Assembly (NCBI GenBank): GCA_963753975.1
Contig: CAVWEH010000002.1
Location: 224,001 to 288,000, forward strand
From: an uncultured delta proteobacterium
Lineage (GTDB): Bacteria > Desulfobacterota > Syntrophia > Syntrophales > Smithellaceae
Direction of reading: 5' to 3'
DNA length: 64,000 nt
Position 1 is the stretch's first letter. Every line of letters starts with the position of its first letter. Of this stretch, positions 29,085 to 41,047 are shown piece by piece. The translations under genes were made by a program, and so were the position numbers. The notes beneath the pieces were generated by a model that was not told where the DNA came from, searched no databases, and saw only the letters and a program-made list of their open reading frames with translations.

Positions 29085-29810
29085 CTACAATTGCTCCGCT
29101 ATCAGGCCAAAACGTCTTTCCCGTTTTTGATAACTGGCGATTGCTCTGAAAAGATCATCTTTTGTAAAATCAGGCCAAAGAACATTGGTAAAATAAAGTT
29201 CTGTGTAGGCTATTTGCCAGAGTAAAAAATTACTGATACGATATTCACCGCTGGTACGAATCAATAAGTCGGGATCAGGCATCCCGCAAGTATATAAATA
29301 GTGTGCGAACGTTTCCTTATTAATTTCATTTATATCAAGTTTATCTTTTTTGCTATTTTGGATTATTTTTTTTACGGCGTAGATAATTTCATCCTGACCT
29401 CCGTAACTCAACGCCAAATTTAAAATCATCTCATGATTTTTTGCCGTTTGAGCTTTTGCCTGCAGAAGTTTTTTCTTTAATTCCGGCTGTAAACGATTTA
29501 TTTCACCGATTGTCGTAAGCCTTATTCCCTTTTTTTGCAATTCTTTTGTTTCTTTGGTTAAATATTCATCAAGTAAAGACATTAAAGCTTTTACTTCTTC
29601 TTCCGGACGCCCCCAATTTTCTATGGAAAAGGCAAACAGGGTAAGATACTTTATACCGATTTCACGGCAAGCACGTACTGTTGTCCTGACCGCTTGGGCT
29701 CCTTTTTTATGTCCTCTGATTCTGCCGATTGTATGCTGTTTTGCCCAACGCCCGTTTCCATCCATAATTATAGCTATATGCTGGGGCAGATTATTCCAAT
29801 CAATTTTCAT
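29085..29810 (-). CDS. uppS: Undecaprenyl diphosphate synthase
   Basis: IIMDGNGRWA, FSIENW and IRTSGEYRISNFLLWQ motifs. Confidence 0.96.
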   Translation of the reverse strand: MKIDWNNLPQHIAIIMDGNGRWAKQHTIGRIRGHKKGAQAVRTTVRACREIGIKYLTLFAFSIENWGRPEEEVKALMSLLDEYLTKETKELQKKGIRLTTIGEINRLQPELKKKLLQAKAQTAKNHEMILNLALSYGGQDEIIYAVKKIIQNSKKDKLDINEINKETFAHYLYTCGMPDPDLLIRTSGEYRISNFLLWQIAYTELYFTNVLWPDFTKDDLFRAIASYQKRERRFGLIAEQL

Positions 29811-29950
29811 GAATATTCTTCTCCCGGATAATACGCATTTTAACAGACAGATAAGTTCTTTTCAATCGAAGATCTGATTCTCAAAAAGCAGAAATAATTT
29901 TTATTTTTCCTGAATTAAATAAGGATTATGCCGGATACAAAAAACTACAG

Positions 29951-29980
29951 AAAAAAAATGGGGGACTTTAGTCTCCCATT
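29951..29980 (-). terminator. Intrinsic terminator after frr
   Basis: ATGGGAGAC-TAAA-GTCCCCCAT followed by a T run. Confidence 0.7.
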
Positions 29981-30002
29981 TGTTCATTCTATAAAGCAAA
30001 CT

Positions 30003-30560
30003 TTATAATTCCATAATTTCTTTTTCTTTGGACAAGAGTATTTTATCCGTTTTTTCAATATAGCGATCGGTCAATTTCTGAACTTCTTCCTGCGCACCAA
30101 AAAGCTCGTCTTCCGCCATTTTATTATTTTTTTTGAGGTCTTTTAATTCTTCATTGGCATCTCTACGTGCGTTACGTAATTTGATTTTACCTTCTTCGGC
30201 CATTTTTTTTACGACTTTAACCAACTCTTTACGTCTTTCTTCGGTTAATTGAGGAATAGAAATGCGTATTATTTTACCGTCATTGGCCGGCATTAAACCT
30301 AAATCCGATTTTTGAATCGCTTTCTCGATTGATCCTATTATAGATACATCCCAGGGCGCTATGACAATTAAACGGCTTTCCGGCACGGAAAGCGTGGCCA
30401 CCTGAGCAATGGGAGTAGGAACACCGTAATAATCAACTTTAATTCCATCCAAGAGCGAAACGGATGCCCTTCCTGTCCTTACCCTACCGAAGGACTTATC
30501 TAGACTTGTAATAATCTTTTCCATTTCAGCTTTAAGTTTCTGAAAAATATTTTCATTCAT
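30003..30560 (-). CDS. frr: Ribosome recycling factor
   Basis: [19 protein letters not shown] and RNARRDAN motifs. Confidence 0.96.
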   Translation of the reverse strand: MNENIFQKLKAEMEKIITSLDKSFGRVRTGRASVSLLDGIKVDYYGVPTPIAQVATLSVPESRLIVIAPWDVSIIGSIEKAIQKSDLGLMPANDGKIIRISIPQLTEERRKELVKVVKKMAEEGKIKLRNARRDANEELKDLKKNNKMAEDELFGAQEEVQKLTDRYIEKTDKILLSKEKEIMEL

Positions 30561-30561
30561 A

Positions 30562-31290
<729 letters not shown>

Positions 31291-31896
31291 TTATTTTTTA
31301 ATTTCCTCTCCCAGCTGAAATCTCGCAAACCTCCGAATAATAATATTCTCGCCCGTTTTGGCAATCATATTATTAACCAGCGTCTCAACATTAATATCCG
31401 TATTTTTTATAAATTTCTGCTCTGTTAAACACACATCTTCATAAAATTTCTTTAATTTCCCCTCTATTATTTTATCCCATATTTTTTCCGGTTTTTTTTC
31501 CTCGCGTAACTGACTACGGTATATTTCCTTTTCTCTATTTAAAGCCTCCGGCGGAATTTGATCCGGCCGAAGATAAAGAGGATTAGACGCAGCGATATGC
31601 ATAGCAATATCTTTGGCCATTGCCTGAAAATCCGCAGTTTTAGCCACAAAATCTGTTTCGCAATTTATCTCCACCATAACACCGATTCTACCGCCCATAT
31701 GAATATATGAAGCTACAGCACCATCCTTGGCCGTTTTCGAAGATCTTTTTGTTGCCGCCGACAATCCCTTTTTCCTTAAAATATCAATAGCCTTTTCAAA
31801 ATCACCACCTGCTGCCGTTAAGGCCTCTTTGCAATCCATCATGCCGGTGCCTGTTTTTTCTCTCAATTCTTTAACCATTGCTGACGATATTTCCAA
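31291..31896 (-). CDS. tsf: Elongation factor Ts (short ~200-aa form)
   Basis: VKELREKTGTGMMDCKEAL and NCETDFVA motifs; TTG start with GGAGG SD. Confidence 0.96.
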   Translation of the reverse strand: MEISSAMVKELREKTGTGMMDCKEALTAAGGDFEKAIDILRKKGLSAATKRSSKTAKDGAVASYIHMGGRIGVMVEINCETDFVAKTADFQAMAKDIAMHIAASNPLYLRPDQIPPEALNREKEIYRSQLREEKKPEKIWDKIIEGKLKKFYEDVCLTEQKFIKNTDINVETLVNNMIAKTGENIIIRRFARFQLGEEIKK

Positions 31897-31938
31897 TTTC
31901 TTCCCCTCCTTAATATTTTTCAACAAAAACGCGTCTAA

Positions 31939-32766
31939 TTATTTATATGACTTAGAACTATATTCTTCTGTGTCCTCGGTCTTTCCTTCCATTTCTACGC
32001 TTTCCGGAATATCGGATTCCGGTTTTTTCTCTTCGAGGCTAGCTCCCGATTGCTTATTCGATTCGGCCGACAGCTTTTCTTCAAACTGTTTCTTCCCTTC
32101 TAAAACTGCATCGGCAAATTTAGAGGCAAACAGTTTTATCGCCCTGATCGCGTCATCATTTCCCGGAATAACATAATCGATATCATCCGGATCACAATTC
32201 GTATCTACGATCGCCACTATCGGAATTTTTAATTTGTTCGCTTCTTTAACCGTTATGTGTTCGCGATTAGGATCGACAACAAAAACGGCCGCCGGATGCG
32301 ATTTCAGATTTCTAATACCCCCCAGAACATTTTCCAGCTTGTCTTTCTCTTTCTGGAGCATCGTTATTTCCTTCTTCGGAAATGCCTTAATCGAATCATC
32401 GCTAAACATGCCCGTTAAAGTATTAAGACGGTCGATGCTCTTTTTTATCGTAAAGAAATTCGTCAACATGCCCCCTAGCCAGCGCTGATTCACATAAGGC
32501 ATGCCGCAACGCACAGCTTCTTCTTTGATCGCTTCCTGTGATTGCTTTTTAGTACCGACAAAAAGCACTTCTTTGCCCTGACCTACCGTATCAACAATGA
32601 AATTGTAAGCAGTTTGAAACATGCCTACGGTTTGTTGCAGATCAATAATGTAAATATTATTTCTCGCCCCAAAAATATATGGTTTCATTTTGGGATTCCA
32701 CTTGTTCGTTTGATGCCCGAAATGGACACCTGCTTCCAGTAAAAGTTTCATTGAAATTGCAGACAT
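31939..32766 (-). CDS. rpsB: 30S ribosomal protein S2
   Basis: [25 protein letters not shown] and PGNDDA motifs. Confidence 0.98.
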   Translation of the reverse strand: MSAISMKLLLEAGVHFGHQTNKWNPKMKPYIFGARNNIYIIDLQQTVGMFQTAYNFIVDTVGQGKEVLFVGTKKQSQEAIKEEAVRCGMPYVNQRWLGGMLTNFFTIKKSIDRLNTLTGMFSDDSIKAFPKKEITMLQKEKDKLENVLGGIRNLKSHPAAVFVVDPNREHITVKEANKLKIPIVAIVDTNCDPDDIDYVIPGNDDAIRAIKLFASKFADAVLEGKKQFEEKLSAESNKQSGASLEEKKPESDIPESVEMEGKTEDTEEYSSKSYK

Positions 32767-32784
32767 AGTTTTCTCCTTATTTTG

Positions 32785-32862
32785 TTTTTTCCTCCACCCT
32801 TTTCAACTTACGCGGTACACTTTTAAAAAGCAACATACCGGCAATCCAAGGATGTGTGAAAT
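32785..32862 (-). ncRNA. rpsB 5' leader (t44 / S2 autoregulatory RNA)
   Basis: Minus strand reads TTCACACATCC...GGGTGGAGG directly upstream of the rpsB SD, with an internal CGGTA..TACCG stem. Confidence 0.65.
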
Positions 32863-32952
32863 TTGGTTCGCGGCAATTAACATAAATAACCTAAATGATC
32901 AAGAGTTAATATATCTTTTAGCCCATAAAATTCTTATCTTTTTTGTCTTTAT

Positions 32953-34152
32953 CTAGGTCGAATACTCGGCGTTTATTTTAACATAGTCATAGGATAGATC
33001 AGAGGTGTAAACACAATATGATTTATCTCCTCCCCCCAACCCGATGCGCACATCGATTCGGTCTTTTTGAAAGATTTCTTTCAATTTATTTAAATTTAAA
33101 TTTGTTGGTGAATCTTGAGAAAATACCAATATACCTCCTATGGACAGGCTTACTCTTTCCTTTTCCAGAGGTATCCCGGACGAGCCCAGGGCAGCTATTA
33201 GCCTCCCCCAATTGGGATCTTCTCCAAAAAAAGACGTTTTGACTAAATTGGAGTTCGCCACGGCATAAGCCGCACGGCGAGCATCCGATCTGGATTTTGC
33301 TCCTTCAACATTTATTGATATAAATTTAGTTGCCCCTTCGCCGTCTTTGACAACTGCCTGGCAAAGTTCCATCAAAACATCGGAAAGCATATCGCGAAAA
33401 CGCTGCAGCCTGGCCTGAGCCCTTTCCAGGGGATTGTTGCCGGCTAAACCGTTAGCCAAAATAATCGCCATATCATTGGTACTCATACAACCGTCAATGC
33501 TAATGGAATTAAACGTGTTATCGATGGCCTGATGAAAAACCGTATTCAAGGCTTTGGAATCGATTAAAGCGTTGGTCATTACATAAGTCAGCAAAGTAGC
33601 CATATTGGGCTCGATCATGCCTGCTCCTTTGGCTATGCCGCAAATGATAATGTCTTTTGCTCCGACAATTCCTTTCCTTATGGCTATTTTCGGATATTTA
33701 TCGGTCGTCATCATCGCTTCTTCCGCGTCTTCAATACCAAACTCGTTCAATCCCTTGACCAGTTTGACCATACCGCCGGTTATCTTTTTAACTGGAAGCC
33801 TTTTCCCGATAATTCCTGTCGAACCCAGCAAGATAAGCTCTTCCTTAATCTGCAATTGACCGGCCAATGCGGCCGACACAGTTAAAGCATCCTTATAACC
33901 TTCTTTACCCGTTGCGGCATTAGCACATCCGCTATTGGTAATTATAGCCTGGGCAGTTCCTTTCTTAACACGCTCGGCGTCAATTAACAGCGGCGCGGCT
34001 CTAAAAGAATTCTTGGTAAATACGGCTGCTACCCTCGCCGGTACGGTTGAATAAATTAAAGCAAGGTCTTTCTGATCCGCATCTTTAATGCCTGCTGAAA
34101 TTCCATTGGCTAAAAAACCGGGAACGCTGACTCTATTTTTGTTTTTTTGCAT
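32953..34152 (-). CDS. argJ: Glutamate N-acetyltransferase/ornithine acetyltransferase ArgJ
   Basis: NSGCANAATG, STGIIG, MTTD, KGAGMIEPNMAT (autocleavage Thr), DGEGATK and DPNWGR motifs. Confidence 0.95.
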   Translation of the reverse strand: MQKNKNRVSVPGFLANGISAGIKDADQKDLALIYSTVPARVAAVFTKNSFRAAPLLIDAERVKKGTAQAIITNSGCANAATGKEGYKDALTVSAALAGQLQIKEELILLGSTGIIGKRLPVKKITGGMVKLVKGLNEFGIEDAEEAMMTTDKYPKIAIRKGIVGAKDIIICGIAKGAGMIEPNMATLLTYVMTNALIDSKALNTVFHQAIDNTFNSISIDGCMSTNDMAIILANGLAGNNPLERAQARLQRFRDMLSDVLMELCQAVVKDGEGATKFISINVEGAKSRSDARRAAYAVANSNLVKTSFFGEDPNWGRLIAALGSSGIPLEKERVSLSIGGILVFSQDSPTNLNLNKLKEIFQKDRIDVRIGLGGGDKSYCVYTSDLSYDYVKINAEYST

Positions 34153-34177
34153 GAAACCTTCTCCTCTATTGAATAAC

Positions 34178-36697
34178 TTAGGCGCCGCAGCATTTTTTAT
34201 ATTTTTTACCGCTTCCACAGGGACAAGGTTCATTCCTCCCCACTTTACCGCTTTCATGTTTAATTGTTTGTGCGGCAGGGATATCTTCTCCGCGGCTTAA
34301 AACGTAATCCTCTTTTTGTTTTCTCCTGATGTTTTCCACTTCATCCTCTCTCTGTATTCGAACCAAACAGAGTTTTTCCAATGTATCCATTTTTATATGG
34401 AAAATCATTTCCATGAACATTTCATAACCTTCGCGTTGATACTCTCTCACGGGATCCTTTTGTCCGTAACCACGCAGGCCAATCCCCTCTCTTAAGTGAT
34501 CCATGGCCAACAAATGTTCTTTCCAGTGGGCATCGATAGCCTGAAGCATGATTACTTTCATCAAGTAATCCATTAATTCCTTGCCGAAATTTTTTTCTTT
34601 TTCGTGTAAGAGATTCAAGACATTTTCAATTATAACTTCCCGGATAGGTTGAGCGGAAACTTTTTGGTCTGAATTAGCCAGATTACGCTTTAAATTGAAT
34701 TGCTTAAATATGGCATCATCAAGTCCTTTAAAATTATGGTCATCGGTATGACCTTTATCATCTATGTATTCGAATAAAAGATCATCAGCGATTTCTTCGA
34801 CCATTTCTTCAATATCAGCCCATAAGTTGTCACCACGTAACACCTTTTTCCTTTGTTCATAGATGACTCTCCTTTGTCTATTCATCACGTCATCATAATC
34901 CAAAAGATGTTTGCGAATATCAAAGTTTTGTCCTTCCACGCGCTTCTGGGCATTTTCAATAGCCCGGGAAATATATTTATGTTCGATCGGTTGATCTTCC
35001 TCGATACCGATCCTGTCCATGATCGATGATATTCTATCGGCTCCGAATATACGCAGTAGGTCATCCTGCAAAGAGAGATAAAAACGGGAAGAACCGTCAT
35101 CGCCCTGACGTCCCGAGCGGCCTCTTAATTGATTGTCAATGCGCCGGCTTTCATGCCGTTCCGTACCTAATATGTGCAGGCCGCCTATTTCGGCAACCTT
35201 TTCGCCTAAACGAATATCCGTTCCGCGGCCGGCCATATTGGTAGAAATGGTAACCATGCCCGGCTGTCCGGCTTGAGCCACTATTTCGGCTTCTTTTTCA
35301 TGATTTTTAGCATTCAAAACATAATGCTTAATACCGGCACGGGTAAGATATTTACTTAACAATTCTGATTTTTCGATGGAAATAGTTCCAATCAGCACCG
35401 GCCTTTTCGCCTTATTCAGAGCCCTGACTTCTTCGATAACAGCCTTAATCTTTTCTTTTTCAGTTTTGTAAATAAGATCATTATTATCTTTACGAATCAT
35501 CGGCATATTGGTCGGCACGACAACAACATCCAAATTATATATTTTCTTAAATTCCGCCGCTTCTGTGTCGGCAGTTCCTGTCATACCGGCCAGTTTTTTG
35601 TACATTCTAAAATAATTTTGAAAGGTTATCGAAGCGAGTGTTTGATTTTCTTTCTCCACTTTTACTTTTTCCTTGGCTTCCAGCGCCTGATGCAAACCAT
35701 CACTGTAACGTCTTCCGGGCATAACTCTTCCGGTGAATTCATCAACAATGATAACTTGCCCATCTTTCACGAGATAATCGACATCCCTCTTGAACAAAGT
35801 ATGGGCGCGCAGAGCTTGATTTACATGATGAACAATTTCAATATTTCGCGGTTCGTAAAGATTTTGCACATTTAAAAATCCCTCGACATGCGCAACTCCT
35901 TCTTCCGTCAGAACAACCGTACGGCTCTTTTCATCGATCGTATAATCTTTATCTTTTTTTAATCGCGGGATTATCTGGTTTATTTTATTGTATTTATCCG
36001 TTGATTCTTCGGATGGCCCGGAAATAATCAAAGGGGTTCTGGCTTCGTCGATGAGAATACTATCCACTTCATCGACTATGGCATAATTAAACTCACGCTG
36101 AACGTAATCCTCAAGGTTAAACTTCATATTATCGCGAAGATAATCGAACCCAAATTCGTTATTAGTGCCGTAGGTGATATCGGCCTGATATTCTTTTCTT
36201 CGTTCATCATCGTCCAGGCCGTGGATGATTACTCCTACACTTAAACCCAGAAAGTGATAAATCGGCCCCATCCATTCCGCATCTCTTTTGGCCAAATAAT
36301 CATTTACGGTAACAACATGGCAGCCTTTCCCTTCCAGCGCATTGAGATACAAAGGCATCGTCGCAGCGAGCGTTTTCCCTTCACCTGTTTTCATTTCCGC
36401 GATTTTTCCTTCATGCAATACAATTCCACCGATTACCTGAACATCAAACGGACGCATCAATAAAGCACGGCGTGACACTTCTCTGGCCACGGCGAATGCT
36501 TCCGTTAGAATATCATCAAGATTTGAACCATTTTTTAACTTTTCTTTGAAATAAGGAGTTTTCGCTTGCAATTCTTCGTCAGCCAAAGACATCATTAACG
36601 GCTCAAAATTATTTACTTCCTCTAACAGCAACGCATACCGCTTCAATTCACGATCATTCTTCGTCCCCACAATTTTTTTCAATATCATTTCGATCAT
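34178..36697 (-). CDS. secA: Preprotein translocase ATPase SecA
   Basis: [37 protein letters not shown] and C-terminal [23 protein letters not shown]. Confidence 0.98.
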   Translation of the reverse strand: MIEMILKKIVGTKNDRELKRYALLLEEVNNFEPLMMSLADEELQAKTPYFKEKLKNGSNLDDILTEAFAVAREVSRRALLMRPFDVQVIGGIVLHEGKIAEMKTGEGKTLAATMPLYLNALEGKGCHVVTVNDYLAKRDAEWMGPIYHFLGLSVGVIIHGLDDDERRKEYQADITYGTNNEFGFDYLRDNMKFNLEDYVQREFNYAIVDEVDSILIDEARTPLIISGPSEESTDKYNKINQIIPRLKKDKDYTIDEKSRTVVLTEEGVAHVEGFLNVQNLYEPRNIEIVHHVNQALRAHTLFKRDVDYLVKDGQVIIVDEFTGRVMPGRRYSDGLHQALEAKEKVKVEKENQTLASITFQNYFRMYKKLAGMTGTADTEAAEFKKIYNLDVVVVPTNMPMIRKDNNDLIYKTEKEKIKAVIEEVRALNKAKRPVLIGTISIEKSELLSKYLTRAGIKHYVLNAKNHEKEAEIVAQAGQPGMVTISTNMAGRGTDIRLGEKVAEIGGLHILGTERHESRRIDNQLRGRSGRQGDDGSSRFYLSLQDDLLRIFGADRISSIMDRIGIEEDQPIEHKYISRAIENAQKRVEGQNFDIRKHLLDYDDVMNRQRRVIYEQRKKVLRGDNLWADIEEMVEEIADDLLFEYIDDKGHTDDHNFKGLDDAIFKQFNLKRNLANSDQKVSAQPIREVIIENVLNLLHEKEKNFGKELMDYLMKVIMLQAIDAHWKEHLLAMDHLREGIGLRGYGQKDPVREYQREGYEMFMEMIFHIKMDTLEKLCLVRIQREDEVENIRRKQKEDYVLSRGEDIPAAQTIKHESGKVGRNEPCPCGSGKKYKKCCGA

Positions 36698-36716
36698 TGC
36701 TAACCCTAACCTTACT

Positions 36717-36741
36717 AAAAAAAAACCGGTATATTTACCGG
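36717..36741 (-). terminator. Terminator-like hairpin about 20 nt upstream of the secA start
   Basis: CCGGTA-AATA-TACCGG followed by T9. Confidence 0.55.
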
Positions 36742-36878
36742 CTGATTCGAGAAAATTGATTTGTTAATAACAAAATATCAGACCATGAGGCGGAATTTTC
36801 GGCAAAGAAAACGATTATTTTTATTTTGCTCCTTAATTATCGCCATAATATGAAAATCGCATTTTGCACTTCCGCTTT

Positions 36879-37793
36879 TTAGAACTTATTTTTCAAGTAC
36901 CTTTGTGGATTGACAGGGACCCTATTAACAAAAACAGCGTAGTGAAGATGCGAACCTGTACTGCGGCCGGTATCGCCGACATAGCCTATTACGTCTCCTC
37001 TTTTAACTCTTACTCCGTATTTTACGGCTATCTTCGATAAATGGGCATAGGCGGTAACCAAACCGTGGCCATGATCTATTTTTACTAAATTGCCGTCTTG
37101 AGAATGATAAGAAGCATCAATCACCAGCCCGTCCGCTGTGGCCAGCACTTCTTTTCCGTATCTGGTAGCTATATCCAATCCTTTATGAAATTCAACTCCG
37201 GATGAAAAAGGCGATTCTCTTGCACCAAAACCAGAAGTTATCCACCCTCTAACCGGCCAGATAGAAGGTGTAGAAGCAAGAATTGACTTTTGTTCGCGTA
37301 AGAAAGCTAATAACTCGTTGAAACTCTTTTCCCGGTAATTAGCATCTTCATTTAACGAAGAGATGCTTTTGCGCATCCCATAGATCAACTTCTGTTGATC
37401 TTTATCCAATAATTCTTTCAATCTTGTTTCAGTATTAGCTGCTCCGCCAATACCCAATGGCAGTTTTTTATCTCGTCCTGTTTGATGGCTGGCTAATATT
37501 CTAATCTTTGTATCAACTTGTCTGAGTTCCTCCATGCGATCGGAAAAATCATCCACCCGCAGGGCCAAATCTTGAACTTGCTGAGATTGTTCTTTATTTA
37601 GTTCCCTTAACCTGACCAATTCCGCCCTATCCCTTTTTATACTCGCATAATCATACATGAAATAAAGGGATATGAGGATGGCTACGAAAGAAACTACAAA
37701 AAAAATGCTGACTAAAATTCTGGGGAACGATACTTTTCTTACCGCGCTGTTCGTACGCGAAATAACCATTAATGTAAACAAGTTACCCGACAT
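36879..37793 (-). CDS. M23-family peptidoglycan endopeptidase (TM helix, coiled coil, LytM domain)
   Basis: PSIWPVRG, HKGLD, YAHL and GRSTGSHLHY motifs. Start uncertain. Confidence 0.9.
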   Translation of the reverse strand: MSGNLFTLMVISRTNSAVRKVSFPRILVSIFFVVSFVAILISLYFMYDYASIKRDRAELVRLRELNKEQSQQVQDLALRVDDFSDRMEELRQVDTKIRILASHQTGRDKKLPLGIGGAANTETRLKELLDKDQQKLIYGMRKSISSLNEDANYREKSFNELLAFLREQKSILASTPSIWPVRGWITSGFGARESPFSSGVEFHKGLDIATRYGKEVLATADGLVIDASYHSQDGNLVKIDHGHGLVTAYAHLSKIAVKYGVRVKRGDVIGYVGDTGRSTGSHLHYAVFVNRVPVNPQRYLKNKF

Positions 37794-38161
37794 TTTTTCT
37801 TTCAATATAGTCTTGAAGGATCGCCACATCAACATAAGCCTTTTACCTATCATAAAAGAGAGAAAAGTCAAGGATTACTAATTATTAGTCAGTTTTTTAA
37901 TTTATTCGGATTTAGACCACCTGCTGAACGATTTTTTATCAAATTACGGATTTCTTATATTCGTTATCTATACTTATGCCGTTAGTATCTCAGGATGTCA
38001 AGGAAATTTTAGGCACTTTTTTGAAAACATTTTTACGAAAATAGCGAGAAATTATTGATTGTTTAGTGATATTTTTGTAATTACTCAAGTAGCAATCAAA
38101 TATTTCTTATTGAAATTGCACCTTTTTTCCATTAAAAGAATAAAAAAATAAGTTTAACTGT

Positions 38162-38902
38162 TTGGTGAAAACTATAAAATCTTCCAGAATTTATTTATTA
38201 TTGATTGTCCTTTTTGTGATTCTTTCGTTATCGGCTTGTTTATTTCGTCCTTCAGCCTCCAAACTTAATCCTGATGCCTTATTTTCCTCTCTGGAAAACA
38301 AAATTGGTAAATCTTACCAGGTTATTCTAGTAACAACTAGTAAATCATTTTTCTTTTCGGAACAAAAAGTTTACACCATGGAAAAAATTAACAATCAATG
38401 GAAATCGGTTTTCGAGCCTTTTGATGCCGTAATCGGAAAGAATGGTTTTGCCGAGCTCGGAGAAAAAAGAGAAGGGGACGGTAAAACCCCTTCCGGCATC
38501 TATCCTCTTAAAATTACTTTCGGCTACGATGAATCTATAAAAACAAAAATGCCCTATCGTCAGGCCTTAGCTGGGGATTTATGGGTTGATGATGTAAATG
38601 CCGACGATTATAACCGCTGGGTAAAAAAAGAAAAAACGCAAGCTAAGTCCTATGAAAAAATGAAACGTGATGATAATTTCTATAAATATGGTATCGTCAT
38701 CGAATATAACACCAAACCTGTCATCAAAGGATACGGCAGTGCTATCTTCTTCCACGTTTGGGGTGGAGAGAATATAACTACCGAGGGATGTGTGGCTGTT
38801 TCCGAAGAAAGCATTATTAAAATTCTGGAATGGCTTGATCCAAAGGCAGAACCGCTTATTATTATGGGAATCGAAGAGACAACGTGGAGGCTTCCTCAAT
38901 GA
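38162..38902 (+). CDS. YkuD-family L,D-transpeptidase/carboxypeptidase lipoprotein
   Basis: Lipobox LSAC; KREGDGKTPSG; GSAIFFH...TEGCVA catalytic His/Cys. Confidence 0.85.
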   Translation: MVKTIKSSRIYLLLIVLFVILSLSACLFRPSASKLNPDALFSSLENKIGKSYQVILVTTSKSFFFSEQKVYTMEKINNQWKSVFEPFDAVIGKNGFAELGEKREGDGKTPSGIYPLKITFGYDESIKTKMPYRQALAGDLWVDDVNADDYNRWVKKEKTQAKSYEKMKRDDNFYKYGIVIEYNTKPVIKGYGSAIFFHVWGGENITTEGCVAVSEESIIKILEWLDPKAEPLIIMGIEETTWRLPQ

Positions 38903-39666
38903 AAACAAAGTTTGCAATTACCATATTTATCTTTATAGCTTTATCTTTCCCGCAATTCATAGTTAGTTCATATTGCGCAGACAAAATCCCGGAAGGCTTT
39001 GTCGATATAAAAGAAGTGATTCCCGAAATACAGCTCGATATTCGTTATTTCGGCCCGCATAATTTTGTCGGAGAAAGAGTTGACGGCTATCTGGCGCCGA
39101 AATGTATTCTTACCGAAGAAGCCGCCGAAGCGCTCTTAAAAGTTCAAAAAGATTTGGAACCATTTTCACTGACACTGAAAATTTACGATTGTTACCGCCC
39201 ACAACGCGCAGTGGACCATTTCGTGCGCTGGGCCAAAGAGATCGAAAACATCAAAACCAGAAAGGAATTCTATCCGACAGTGGATAAAAGAAATCTTTTC
39301 TCAGATGGCTACATCGATGCTAAATCCGGTCACAGCCGTGGTAGCACCATTGACCTCACTATTGTCCCCTTCCCTGTGCCCAAACAGGAAGTCTATGTGC
39401 CCGGCCAGAAATTACATGAATGCTATTTACCTTTCAACAAGAGGTTCCGTGACAACAGTATCGACATGGGAACCGGCTTCGATTGTTTTAATAACCTGTC
39501 GCATACAGCCAATAAAAACATCGGCTATCAGCAAAAAATTAACCGGCTTCTGCTCAAAACGCTCATGGAAAAACATGGATTTAAAAATTATGATCTGGAG
39601 TGGTGGCACTATACACTGAAAAATGAACCCTATCCGGACACATATTTTGATTTTGCAATTGAGTGA
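38899..39666 (+). CDS. D-Ala-D-Ala dipeptidase (M15D, VanX/DdpX-like) with signal peptide
   Basis: YDCYRP, SGHSRGSTIDLT, DMGTGFD and EWWHY motifs; ATGA overlap with the upstream gene. Confidence 0.9.
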   Translation: MKTKFAITIFIFIALSFPQFIVSSYCADKIPEGFVDIKEVIPEIQLDIRYFGPHNFVGERVDGYLAPKCILTEEAAEALLKVQKDLEPFSLTLKIYDCYRPQRAVDHFVRWAKEIENIKTRKEFYPTVDKRNLFSDGYIDAKSGHSRGSTIDLTIVPFPVPKQEVYVPGQKLHECYLPFNKRFRDNSIDMGTGFDCFNNLSHTANKNIGYQQKINRLLLKTLMEKHGFKNYDLEWWHYTLKNEPYPDTYFDFAIE

Positions 39667-39671
39667 GGAAA

Positions 39672-40904
39672 ATGAATAACAAATATCCTTCATTTTTAAA
39701 GTCTTACGGCTTTTCCATCATCCTGATTATATCCATCGTTATCGGCGCGATTATCGGAATTATTTTCAAAAAAGATGCCGCGATCTTAAAGCCATTCGGT
39801 GATATTTTCTTAAATCTTCTCTTTACGGCCATTATTCCGCTTGTCTTTTTCTCCATATCGTCGGCTGTCGCCGGAATGACCAATATCCGGCGCTTAGGAA
39901 AAATCTTATCCGCGATGATACTTGTGTTCGTAATCACCGGCGTGATTGCTTCAATTGTCATGCTGATCGGAGTTATACTTTACCCTCCGGCAGTCGGTGT
40001 CCATGTTAACTTTGGCAACGGCGTAAATGTCGAACACTTTAAAGCCTCCGATCAAATAGTGAAGGCTTTTACAGTCAGCGATTTTACCGATCTTTTATCC
40101 AAGAAAAATATGCTGGCGCTTATCATCTTTGCCGTTCTCACGGGACTGGCGACTTCAGCATCCGGCGAACGCGGTAAGAATTTCGCCAATTTCCTGACCT
40201 CGGCAAGTCAGGTTATGATGAAACTAATTTTCTTCATCATGTACTATGCACCGATCGGTCTTTGCGCTTACTTCGCCTATCTCGTCGGCGTCTTCGGGCC
40301 GGAACTCCTGGGCTCATACGCCAGAGTTGTGACTTTTATATTACCCGACAGCTATTTTGTACTACTTTATTGCCTTCACTCTTTATGTCTTTGTAGCAGC
40401 CGGAAACGAAGGTCTGCGGCGTTTTTGGCGCAACATCATACCGCCGTCTCTTATTGCTCTGGCCACAGGAAGCTCTATAGCCACAATCCCGCCAATCTGG
40501 AAGCAGCAGACAAAACCGGTGTGCCCCAGGAAATCAGCGAGTTTGTCATTCCCGTCGGCGCGACCATGCATATGGAGGGCTCCTGCCTTGCCGCTGTTGT
40601 GAAGATTGCCTTTCTCTTTGGGATATTTAATATGAGTTTTTCAGGAGTCGAAACTATCGCGACAGCGCTAGGTATAGCACTTCTCGTCGGGGTAGTGGTG
40701 AGCGGCATACCAGGAGGCGGCACAATCGGCGAAATTCTAATAATTTCCGTTTATGGCTTTCCGATGGAATCCTTCCCGCTTATCACTATGATCGGCACGC
40801 TGGTTGACGCTCCGGCAACAATGGTCAACGCCGTCGGCGATAATGTTTCCAGTATCCTGGTGGCGCGAATAATGGGCGGCAAGGATTGGATGAAAGAAGT
40901 TTAA
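39672..40904 (+). CDS. Dicarboxylate/amino acid:cation symporter (DAACS); compensating frameshifts at ~40338 and ~40490
   Basis: PLVFFSI, ATGSSIATIP (alternate frame), PVGATMHMEGS, SGIPGGG and TMVNAVGD motifs. Confidence 0.88.
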   Translation: MNNKYPSFLKSYGFSIILIISIVIGAIIGIIFKKDAAILKPFGDIFLNLLFTAIIPLVFFSISSAVAGMTNIRRLGKILSAMILVFVITGVIASIVMLIGVILYPPAVGVHVNFGNGVNVEHFKASDQIVKAFTVSDFTDLLSKKNMLALIIFAVLTGLATSASGERGKNFANFLTSASQVMMKLIFFIMYYAPIGLCAYFAYLVGVFGPELLGSYARVVTFILPDSYFVLLYCLHSLCLCSSRKRRSAAFLAQHHTAVSYCSGHRKLYSHNPANLEAADKTGVPQEISEFVIPVGATMHMEGSCLAAVVKIAFLFGIFNMSFSGVETIATALGIALLVGVVVSGIPGGGTIGEILIISVYGFPMESFPLITMIGTLVDAPATMVNAVGDNVSSILVARIMGGKDWMKEV

Positions 40905-41047
40905 AATTATCAAATGACAAATTTTTTATGTTTTATGATATATAATTTATCGGGAAAAGCGAAGTTCGTATATTGATTGTTATACTTTTGAAATATTAAT
41001 CGACAGTTTTAGTTCTGAATTCAGCGTAAATATTTTAACAACGAACA

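Noticed and set aside
36735..36850. SecM-like arrest peptide upstream of secA
   Set aside because: Only short ORFs without a signal peptide or a known arrest motif (RAGP/RAPP).
38899..39666. Vancomycin-resistance cluster
   Set aside because: No vanH, vanA, vanR or vanS; Gram-negative host; the enzyme has a signal peptide.
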